Of a stretch of 64,000 nucleotides of DNA, positions 57,135-64,000 are shown in pieces; position 1 is the stretch's first letter; every line of letters starts with the position of its first letter. Source of the DNA: a virus (taxonomy: Duplodnaviria > Caudoviricetes). The notes beneath the pieces were generated by a model, which was not told where the DNA came from, ran no database searches, and saw only the letters and a program-made list of their open reading frames with translations. The stretch is taken from the IMG/VR virus record IMGVR_UViG_3300001598_002233, positions 22,311 to 86,310 of that record, one strand, 5' to 3'. The translations under genes were made by a program, and so were the position numbers.

Positions 57135-57784
57135 GTAGATTAAATAACATAGTTGAAAGTTATTTTCCAGAAGACGAGATGACAAAATATGGCTTCATAT
57201 CTCATATGGAGGCATATATTAAGCAACTCTTGTCCGACCCAATTCATGCTAAGGTAGATGATTATCTTGAAAAACACGGTATTGATTCACCTAAGGCATT
57301 AAAAATTCTCTTAAAGAGAAATGACCCCAATAATGAACGTAGTGCAATCTTGATAAGAACAACAAAAATTCGTCCAGAAGAGTTATCAGAAGAAGATGCT
57401 GCGGAGAATAAGACACCAAAAGACGCATTCTGTGTAAAATATAAATTACCAAGAGAAGGTTATTCAAGGAAGATGGCTCGTGCTTTCGTTGAAAATTGTG
57501 AAAACACTTTAAACGAAGAAACTGTAAATGAAGATGGTGACGGTGCAACTAATTGCAGCAGTTCTGGCCAATTTGTACAACCATTATTTGGACAACCTAT
57601 AAGAAGAAAAAGTCTTTATATTACAGAAAAGCAAAAAGCATATATAAAGAAAGTTATAGACGAGGAAGCGGTTATGAATACTGCTGCAGGTGACTTTGGG
57701 TATGATGTTCCTGCTCTTGCAAAGAAAGGGGACCCTACAATGGACCACCAAGATATGATGAAAAAAAGTTGGGAGGGACGATAA
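57131..57784 (+). CDS. Hypothetical protein, putative head-associated
   Basis: 217 aa, coupled by ATGA; several (L/V/I)xE sites (TLNEE, TVNED, VIDEE). Confidence 0.6.
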   Translation: MSRLNNIVESYFPEDEMTKYGFISHMEAYIKQLLSDPIHAKVDDYLEKHGIDSPKALKILLKRNDPNNERSAILIRTTKIRPEELSEEDAAENKTPKDAFCVKYKLPREGYSRKMARAFVENCENTLNEETVNEDGDGATNCSSSGQFVQPLFGQPIRRKSLYITEKQKAYIKKVIDEEAVMNTAAGDFGYDVPALAKKGDPTMDHQDMMKKSWEGR

Positions 57785-57969
57785 TGAATAATTTTAATGA
57801 CGATGTACTTAAAGACCTTAAAGACATAGAAAATCAAATTAAGGAAGAAAAAGAAAACCCAGAAGCAGATGCGGAAAAACTTCTAAAACTTAGATTGAAA
57901 AAACTTTATCGTGGAATGGAATTAAATAGTGGATTTGGAAATAATATAAGAAGAGGAATACCATATTAA
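57784..57969 (+). CDS. Small hypothetical protein
   Basis: ATG overlaps the previous TAA; fills the gap in the operon; charged coiled-coil sequence. Confidence 0.55.
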   Translation: MNNFNDDVLKDLKDIENQIKEEKENPEADAEKLLKLRLKKLYRGMELNSGFGNNIRRGIPY

Positions 57970-58443
57970 ATGAAAATACAAATTACAGAAAACGACATAA
58001 AAAATATAATTAAAGAATGTGCTAAAAGAATCATTCAAGAAAGGTTCTATAAAGGATATGTTCAACCTGATGGTAATGGAATGACTGGTGGACATTGGGG
58101 AGGACACGACTACACTAAGACAATAAAATTTAAACCATATGACTTACTTGATAATGTAGAATTCCCAGAAAATGATAATCTTGATTGGATGAATAAGACT
58201 TATACTGCAGAGTTATCTATAGATTCTTCATATGATGAAAGTACTGGGTATGGCACTGAAAGTTGCCCAGTAACAGAGATATCTGATATAAATATTGAAG
58301 ATTCTTTCTATTATGATGTTAAAAATCTTCCATATGACGACACAATTAAAGAAAATATTATAGATTCTGTGGAGGATGGCTTATCTAACTATGAAGACCT
58401 TAGTGACGATAATGAATATTATGACCCTGATGATAAATATTAA
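57970..58443 (+). CDS. Acidic protein with KIQITE..IKNIIKE..RIIQE N-terminal motif (putative head-internal protein)
   Basis: MKIQITENDIKNIIKECAKRIIQE; very acidic C-terminus. Confidence 0.65.
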   Translation: MKIQITENDIKNIIKECAKRIIQERFYKGYVQPDGNGMTGGHWGGHDYTKTIKFKPYDLLDNVEFPENDNLDWMNKTYTAELSIDSSYDESTGYGTESCPVTEISDINIEDSFYYDVKNLPYDDTIKENIIDSVEDGLSNYEDLSDDNEYYDPDDKY

Positions 58444-58470
58444 AAAATAACAATATAATATAATAATAAA

Positions 58471-59358
58471 ATGGAAACAACATACAAAGTAGGTGATTTA
58501 AGAAAACTTGTTTCGGAAAGTTCAAGTGAGTTTAAGGCAAAACTTGGCTCAGGCGTTGAAAGTGAAGACAAGAAAAACAATGGTAAGGCCTATAGTGATG
58601 CTAAACAAAGAGCAAAGTCATTTGACGGTGGGCTTGCTGATGAAATTGGTAAAAACAAGGCCGAATACAAAAAAGAAGATGGCAATAAGACAACTTTACA
58701 TTATGATATTAATGGTGCAACACCAGAATATAGAAATAGAGTAAAGGCAAATGTTAAAGGCTATTCTTCTGAAAAAGAAATGAAAAACGGAATTGAAAAA
58801 TCTGGCGAGTTCGACAATAATGAAAATATATATAATGCCTTCAAAAAGGAAAGTGAAGACCTCCGTGACAAAGAAGTCGCTAATAGGAAAAGCGGGTTAA
58901 AATCCTCAAAGCAACCAGAAGATATGTTTGACAGAGAAGGAATGTTCGAATCTGTTGACGGCTTTAATATGAGAGCAATGATTGAAGGACTTAAGTCTAT
59001 TACTGAAAATAATGAAAAGCCAGATACTTCTCATGTAAAAACGGTATTCTTCAAGAAGACCGAATTCCTTAATGAAACACATATGAAAAGCCGTATTCCA
59101 GATGACTTTAAAACAAATGGAACAACCTTTAAGATGAAAGATAAGACTGGTAATGAATATCTCCTTGAATGGAGAAATAATAAAGCAGTCGTTCTCGAAC
59201 ATACAAACAAAAATGGTGCTGATGAAGCACTTGATAGAATGAAAAACTTATTTGATTATAAAACTTCTGATACACAAACTTCCCGTTCTTCAAGACTTAA
59301 TGAAAATGACGATGTTTATGCTGAAACATTGAATAAAATGAGAAGAATAATCAAATAA
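58471..59358 (+). CDS. Hypothetical highly charged protein, putative head-associated
   Basis: 295 aa; LRKLVSES at the N-terminus and RLNEN near the C-terminus. Confidence 0.65.
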   Translation: METTYKVGDLRKLVSESSSEFKAKLGSGVESEDKKNNGKAYSDAKQRAKSFDGGLADEIGKNKAEYKKEDGNKTTLHYDINGATPEYRNRVKANVKGYSSEKEMKNGIEKSGEFDNNENIYNAFKKESEDLRDKEVANRKSGLKSSKQPEDMFDREGMFESVDGFNMRAMIEGLKSITENNEKPDTSHVKTVFFKKTEFLNETHMKSRIPDDFKTNGTTFKMKDKTGNEYLLEWRNNKAVVLEHTNKNGADEALDRMKNLFDYKTSDTQTSRSSRLNENDDVYAETLNKMRRIIK

Positions 59359-59372
59359 AAGTTTTTACAACA

Positions 59373-60098
59373 ATGGCTGAGAAATCAAAATTAACAGAGG
59401 CAAAAACTACAACCCAAGAAGTTGGTGAAGTAGTTACTTTAATGGAAAGAGTAAAGGCTTTTATTGATAAACACGGAATTAGTGGTACCTTTACCACCTT
59501 ATTGACTGTGTTCATTGCATCAGTGGTTGGCTACTTTGCATTAAACCCAGGTGTTATCTTTGAAGAATATCAAAGAATTTCAACAGAAAAGCATAATGAG
59601 GCTATAAAGGCAAGAATTAAGGCAGACCCACAGATTAGAACCTATCTTCTTAATCTTAGAACAGAGCTTGACGCAGATAGAGCATTTATCTTGGAAACAC
59701 ATAACGGCGGTAGTAACCTAACCAATCTCCCTTTCCTATATGTTGACCTAACATATGCTGAGCCAAAAACAGACTTTGGGTGGATGGAAAGTGAGTATAA
59801 AAACCTTCGACTATCACGTTATCCTTGGGCAACATATATATATCAAATAGGCTATTGGTATGGGCCAATTACAGAAATAGAAGATAATGACCCAGAACTA
59901 TATTATAGGCTACAAAAAGAAGGGGTTTCCCACATCGGAATGATGATGATGTTCGGCGAAGATTATATGCCTTCAGGAACCTTAGGAATTATTTATAGCA
60001 ATGAAGAAAATGCACTGACCCGTGCAGAAGTTATGAAAGCACTACAAAAATATACGACAATAATAGCACCCCTACTTGTAAATTCAGAATCATATTAA
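59373..60098 (+). CDS. Single-TM protein with C-terminal GAF-like domain; T4 T-type holin candidate
   Basis: TM GISGTFTTLLTVFIASVVGYFAL; LRTELDADRAFILETHNG..SGTLGIIY GAF-like pattern; last gene of a putative late unit. Confidence 0.5.
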   Translation: MAEKSKLTEAKTTTQEVGEVVTLMERVKAFIDKHGISGTFTTLLTVFIASVVGYFALNPGVIFEEYQRISTEKHNEAIKARIKADPQIRTYLLNLRTELDADRAFILETHNGGSNLTNLPFLYVDLTYAEPKTDFGWMESEYKNLRLSRYPWATYIYQIGYWYGPITEIEDNDPELYYRLQKEGVSHIGMMMMFGEDYMPSGTLGIIYSNEENALTRAEVMKALQKYTTIIAPLLVNSESY

Positions 60099-60102
60099 TA
60101 CA

Positions 60103-60133
60103 AAAAAACCTCAGAGAATATCTGAGGTTTTTT
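60103..60133. terminator. Bidirectional terminator between convergent units
   Basis: AAAAAACCTCAGA-GAATA-TCTGAGGTTTTTT. Confidence 0.9.
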
Positions 60134-60134
60134 G

Positions 60135-62033
60135 CTATTTAGAGAAAGGATTGCTTCCATTCCCAAAAGGATTATCTCCTCCGAATGGGTTACTTCCATT
60201 TCCAAAAGGATTTGTTCCTCCATTCTGCGAAGCCCCTCCGTACATTGTTTCAGAAACTTTGTGCCAAGCCTCTTCAAGTTCCTTCTGAGCCTTCTCAATG
60301 CTTTCAAGGTTATCTTCCTTCAATGCTTCCTTTAGGGCTGTCAACGGGGCTGAAATTGACGATTTCTGCTCTTCTGTGAGTTTATCTTCCATATCCTTGA
60401 GATTCTTCTCAGTTTGGAATACGAAGGCATCAGCCTGATTAACCTTATCAATGCGTTCCTTTGCTTTAGTATCAGCCTCCTCATTAGCCTTGGCCTCATT
60501 CTTCATTCGTTCAATTTCTTCGTCAGAAAGACTTGAGGCAGATTCAATCTTGATATGCTGTTCCTTACCCGTACCCTTATCAGTCGCCGAGACATTAAGA
60601 ATGCCGTTGGCATCAATATCAAAGGAAACTTCAATCTGAGGTACACCCCTCATTGCAGGGGCAATACCATCAAGTGTAAAGATGCCAATCTGCTTGTTAT
60701 CCTTCGCTAAAGGACGCTCTCCCTGACATACCGAAATTGTAACAGCGGGCTGATTATCTACTGCTGTTGAAAATATCTGACTTTTCTTAACAGGAATCGT
60801 TGTGTTACTGTCAATGATTTTTGTCATAACGCCACCCATAGTTTCGATACCCAATGATAACGGAGTGACATCGAGGAGAAGTATATCCTTTACATCACCA
60901 GCAAGAACGCCACCCTGTATTGCTGCACCAAGGGCAACTGCTTCATCGGGATTAACACTCTTATTAAGTTCTTTACCGAAATAGTTTTTAACAGATTCCT
61001 GTACCTTTGGAATACGTGTTGAGCCACCAACAAGGATAACTTCATCAATATCTGAAACAGAAATTTTAGCATCAGCAACTGCTTTCTTACAGGGTTCAAG
61101 CGTTCTATTTACAAGATGCTCTGTAAGAGATTCAAACTTTGTCCTTGAAAGTGTTTTAACAAGATGAACAGGCATACCGTCTACTGCAGTGATATAAGGA
61201 AGATTTATTTCAGTTGTAGTCTGGTTTGAAAGTTCAATCTTTGCCTTTTCTGCAGCCTCTTTAAGACGCTGCAATGCCATAGAGTCTTTTCTAAGGTCAA
61301 TCTTAGAATAATCCTTTAAAAATTCTTCAGCAAGCCAATCTATAATACACTGGTCAAAATCATCACCTCCAAGATGTGTATCGCCATTAGTAGAAAGCAC
61401 TTCAAATACACCATCTCCAAGTTCAAGAATGGAAATATCAAAGGTTCCCTGTCCCAAGTCAAAAACGGCAATCTTGCAATTGTTCTTAAGTTTATCAAGT
61501 CCATAAGCAAGTGCTGCAGCAGTGGGCTCATTGATGATTCGCTTCACATCAAGTCCTGCAATAATACCTGCCTCCTTTGTTGACTGTCTCTGAGAATCTG
61601 AGAAGTAAGCAGGTACGGTAATTACCGCCTCTTTCACCTCTTCGCCAAGATAATCTTCCGCACTCTTCTTTAGATGCTGAAGCACAGCAGCAGAAATTTC
61701 CTGTGGTGTATAAAGTTTACCTTCAATTTCAATTCTAGGAAAATCGTTATTTCCCTTTACGACCTTATACGGTACTCTCTTAACTTCTTCACTTACTTGT
61801 TCGTAAGTTTCACCCATAAATCTCTTAATTGAAAATACGGTATTAAGAGGATTGGTTATTGCCTGCCTCTTAGCTGAATCTCCAACCTTTCTTTCTCCTT
61901 CTTTTGTAAATCCTACAATTGAAGGAGTAGTACGCTTACCCTCACTATTGATTATAATAGTGGGAGTTCCTCCCTCCATAACGGCAACTGCTGAGTTACC
62001 AGTTCCGAGGTCAATTCCAATAATTTTACCCAT
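60135..62033 (-). CDS. dnaK: Hsp70 chaperone DnaK
   Basis: Full-length: [69 protein letters not shown]. Confidence 0.97.
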   Translation of the reverse strand: MGKIIGIDLGTGNSAVAVMEGGTPTIIINSEGKRTTPSIVGFTKEGERKVGDSAKRQAITNPLNTVFSIKRFMGETYEQVSEEVKRVPYKVVKGNNDFPRIEIEGKLYTPQEISAAVLQHLKKSAEDYLGEEVKEAVITVPAYFSDSQRQSTKEAGIIAGLDVKRIINEPTAAALAYGLDKLKNNCKIAVFDLGQGTFDISILELGDGVFEVLSTNGDTHLGGDDFDQCIIDWLAEEFLKDYSKIDLRKDSMALQRLKEAAEKAKIELSNQTTTEINLPYITAVDGMPVHLVKTLSRTKFESLTEHLVNRTLEPCKKAVADAKISVSDIDEVILVGGSTRIPKVQESVKNYFGKELNKSVNPDEAVALGAAIQGGVLAGDVKDILLLDVTPLSLGIETMGGVMTKIIDSNTTIPVKKSQIFSTAVDNQPAVTISVCQGERPLAKDNKQIGIFTLDGIAPAMRGVPQIEVSFDIDANGILNVSATDKGTGKEQHIKIESASSLSDEEIERMKNEAKANEEADTKAKERIDKVNQADAFVFQTEKNLKDMEDKLTEEQKSSISAPLTALKEALKEDNLESIEKAQKELEEAWHKVSETMYGGASQNGGTNPFGNGSNPFGGDNPFGNGSNPFSK

Positions 62034-62050
62034 AATTTTATAATTTTATA

Positions 62051-62081
62051 CAAATATACATTTATTTTTCTATATTTCAAA
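62051..62081 (-). promoter_or_regulatory. Bacteroidota promoter upstream of dnaK
   Basis: Minus strand reads TTTG-N19-TATATTTG, 17 nt before the ATG. Confidence 0.8.
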
Positions 62082-62085
62082 TAGT

Positions 62086-63633
62086 TTACAACCCTACATT
62101 TAGGGGCAATTTAATTGCGGGATATGACTCATAACCTACAATTTTAATGTCATCATATGTAAAATCGTTTATATTCTTAATTTCTGGATTCAATTCTAAC
62201 TTAGGCAAAGCATACATATGAGGATTTCTCTTTAATTGCTCCTTAAGAGGCTCAATATGATTATCATAAATATGTGCATCACCTACTTCATAAATTAGTT
62301 CATCCACATCCATATTAACACATTGTGCAATCATATGAGTAAGTATAGCATACGAGAGCCAGTTGAAGCTTGTCCCGCTGCCTAAATCATTGCTGCGCAT
62401 ATGGAAACAACAACTCAATTTTCTCGAAGGAACACCAATTTTATCATATTCTTCGTGGGTCATAAGAGTATGAGTAGCAAGATGTGGTATCATTTCATAC
62501 ATCTTACGATGTCTGTCTTCCAAAGTCATTTTCTTTGTGTAGAACTGACAGCAGAAGTGACAAGGAGGAAGTGCCATATCGGGAATATCTTCAACATTCC
62601 AAGCAGATACAATCATTCGTCTATCATCAGGGTTAGTTTTAAGTGTATCAATAACTTCCTGAATCTGATTATGCCCACCCCACTTTGTCCACTGATATCC
62701 ATAGACATGATTAAGGTCTCCGTAACAATATTTGGTGTAAGTATCATCATGTTTTGTTTTCAAAAACAATGATTCACCAAGATGTGTAAGGAAGTCTTCT
62801 TTAGCTAGTGCTTTTTTATTGTGGTTAAGGTTCAATTGCATTAATTCAAGATAATATCTATAAGCGTCATCATCCCAAATATGCACACCATTATCTACAA
62901 GATATTTGATATTGGTATCACCCTTAAGGAACCAAAGGAGTTCGTGGATAACACCCTTGCTAAAAACCTTTTTTGTGGTAAGCATAGGGAGTCCTTCTTT
63001 AAGGTTAAACCTCATCTGTCTTGAGAAAAGTGAGTGTGTCTTTCCTGCACGGGTATCTTTTTCTTCTCCGTGTTCAATAATCTCATTAACAAGATTAAGA
63101 TATTGTTCATCCACATGATTGTTTTTACCATTTAATCTTGAAAATTCAAAGGCATAAGCCTTACCTTTCTCCACTTCTATAGGACCATTTACTTCTGTCC
63201 AATTTACATCTGTAATAACATCGGGGAAGAAAGCATCAGCATCAGGAACTTCTTCTGCAAGGAAATCAATGTAGATTTTATTAACAAGATTATGGTCAAG
63301 AGCATAGTCATAAATGGATGCACCGCCAATAATAAATACATCATTATCATTGGAGAGTGATTTTGCCATTTTTATTGCATCCTCTATGGAAGTGGCTTTA
63401 TAAATATCACAGCCTTTAGCGTCTTTTGTTACAATTATATTAATTCTACCCTCCAATGGTTTTCCTATTGATTCCCATGTTTTTCTACCCATAATAACTG
63501 GGTGACCCATTGTCGTTTCCTTAAACCACTTAAGGTCTGCTGAATTATGCCAAGGGAGTTTTCCATCTTTCCCTATTGGCCATCCCTTTTCTGTAAGGTA
63601 ATTACCTAATGCTACTATTATATTAACACTCAT
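62086..63633 (-). CDS. thyA: Bifunctional dihydrofolate reductase-thymidylate synthase (FolA-ThyA fusion)
   Basis: N-terminal DHFR (IGKDGKLPW..DLKWFK..VIMGRKTWES..IIGGASIY..DAFFP) in frame with TS (QYL..LTTKK..ELLWFL..RRMIVSAWN..LPPCH..RSND..FN..GDAHIY). Confidence 0.93.
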   Translation of the reverse strand: MSVNIIVALGNYLTEKGWPIGKDGKLPWHNSADLKWFKETTMGHPVIMGRKTWESIGKPLEGRINIIVTKDAKGCDIYKATSIEDAIKMAKSLSNDNDVFIIGGASIYDYALDHNLVNKIYIDFLAEEVPDADAFFPDVITDVNWTEVNGPIEVEKGKAYAFEFSRLNGKNNHVDEQYLNLVNEIIEHGEEKDTRAGKTHSLFSRQMRFNLKEGLPMLTTKKVFSKGVIHELLWFLKGDTNIKYLVDNGVHIWDDDAYRYYLELMQLNLNHNKKALAKEDFLTHLGESLFLKTKHDDTYTKYCYGDLNHVYGYQWTKWGGHNQIQEVIDTLKTNPDDRRMIVSAWNVEDIPDMALPPCHFCCQFYTKKMTLEDRHRKMYEMIPHLATHTLMTHEEYDKIGVPSRKLSCCFHMRSNDLGSGTSFNWLSYAILTHMIAQCVNMDVDELIYEVGDAHIYDNHIEPLKEQLKRNPHMYALPKLELNPEIKNINDFTYDDIKIVGYESYPAIKLPLNVGL

Positions 63634-63882
63634 TTAATTTTGTTTTTCTATTCTTATATCCAAATATTCAGTATACTGAAGCAATTTTGCTGCTTCCTTA
63701 AGCGAGGCAACAAAATTATTAGCATCGTCCTGTTTTAAAAACGCCTTTGCTACACGGGTCACATCACCATTATAATGTCCGTAACGAGATAACCAAGACA
63801 CCATATAAACCTCAGCACCTTCAACCTCGATAGTTTCTACCGACTTGATTATTGTTTCTTTTTTCTTTGTAAAAATACTCAT
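63634..63882 (-). CDS. Hypothetical protein
   Basis: 82-aa ORF abutting the DHFR-TS start. Confidence 0.65.
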   Translation of the reverse strand: MSIFTKKKETIIKSVETIEVEGAEVYMVSWLSRYGHYNGDVTRVAKAFLKQDDANNFVASLKEAAKLLQYTEYLDIRIEKQN

Positions 63883-63914
63883 TTTTCTTCTTAATTAATT
63901 CTTTTATGATAATT

Positions 63915-63958
63915 ACGAGGAGAAAACCCACGAATTCATTCGTGGGATGAATCCTCGT
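63915..63958 (-). other. Long imperfect hairpin in the predicted 5' leader; resembles IS200/IS605 end palindromes
   Basis: Outer arms ACGAGGA/TCCTCGT and inner arms CCCACGAAT/ATTCGTGGG. Confidence 0.7.
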
Positions 63959-63961
63959 TAA

Positions 63962-63992
63962 CAAATATACATTTTTTAAATTAAAAAACAAA
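63962..63992 (-). promoter_or_regulatory. Bacteroidota promoter upstream of the DHFR-TS unit
   Basis: Minus strand reads TTTG-N19-TATATTTG. Confidence 0.8.
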
Positions 63993-64000
63993 ATTTTTCT

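Noticed and set aside
62086-63100. TS-family base-modifying enzyme (dCMP hydroxymethylase) feeding DNA glycosylation by the GT locus
   Set aside because: The specificity residue is Asn (..SFNW..), as in dUMP-specific ThyA, and the DHFR fusion fits dTMP synthesis. Not fully excluded without nucleoside analysis.
60135-63633. Host chromosomal contamination (dnaK, folA, thyA)
   Set aside because: Composition, terminator and promoter style match the phage genes; no grpE/dnaJ or other housekeeping synteny; dnaK shares a bidirectional terminator with the phage-type unit. Read-level confirmation is still advisable.
63915-63958. Intact IS200/IS605 element
   Set aside because: Only a hairpin is present; no tnpA/tnpB or second end in the window. 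Kept only as a low-level finding.
1-64000. Alternative genetic code (TAG to Gln, as in Lak and some crAss-like phages)
   Set aside because: ORFs of 1000-2000 aa are uninterrupted in code 11. TAG ends genes at expected lengths (gp25-like at 13827; 21942 followed immediately by the next ATG; 38664).
1-64000. tRNA or rRNA genes
   Set aside because: Intergenic gaps are short and AT-rich; no cloverleaf or T-loop GTTCGA context was recognised.

Overview
This 64-kb, AT-rich window looks like part of a large (jumbo-type) contractile-tailed phage of an anaerobic Bacteroidota host. It reads in standard code 11: TAG acts as a stop and ORFs up to 1986 aa are uninterrupted. Host evidence is four perfect Bacteroidota TTTG-N19/20-TAnnTTTG promoters, a class III RNR, an HTCS-type REC-AraC protein and a BACON domain. 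Gene order: nrdD-nrdG; an ART-fold protein; an 8-gene, ~9.7-kb glycan synthesis/modification locus; gp25- and gp6-like baseplate genes with ~18 kb of large putative structural genes; three different adhesin/fibre proteins; a minus-strand block with a DNA methyltransferase and an RNA-repair trio (RlaP-like nucleotidyltransferase, CCA enzyme, HD-kinase); a terminator-flanked lipoprotein / REC-AraC cassette with phased direct repeats; putative head-internal proteins; a T4 T-like holin candidate; DnaK; and a DHFR-thymidylate synthase fusion. A second motif, (AA)CTATTTAT(A), precedes structural genes and the glycan locus and is a candidate late promoter. The strongest candidate for an undescribed system is the putatively late-expressed glycan locus, which may glycosylate the virion. 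No tRNA, CRISPR array, integrase, transposase, terminase or major capsid gene was recognised. All family assignments come from motif recognition by eye; no database search was run.
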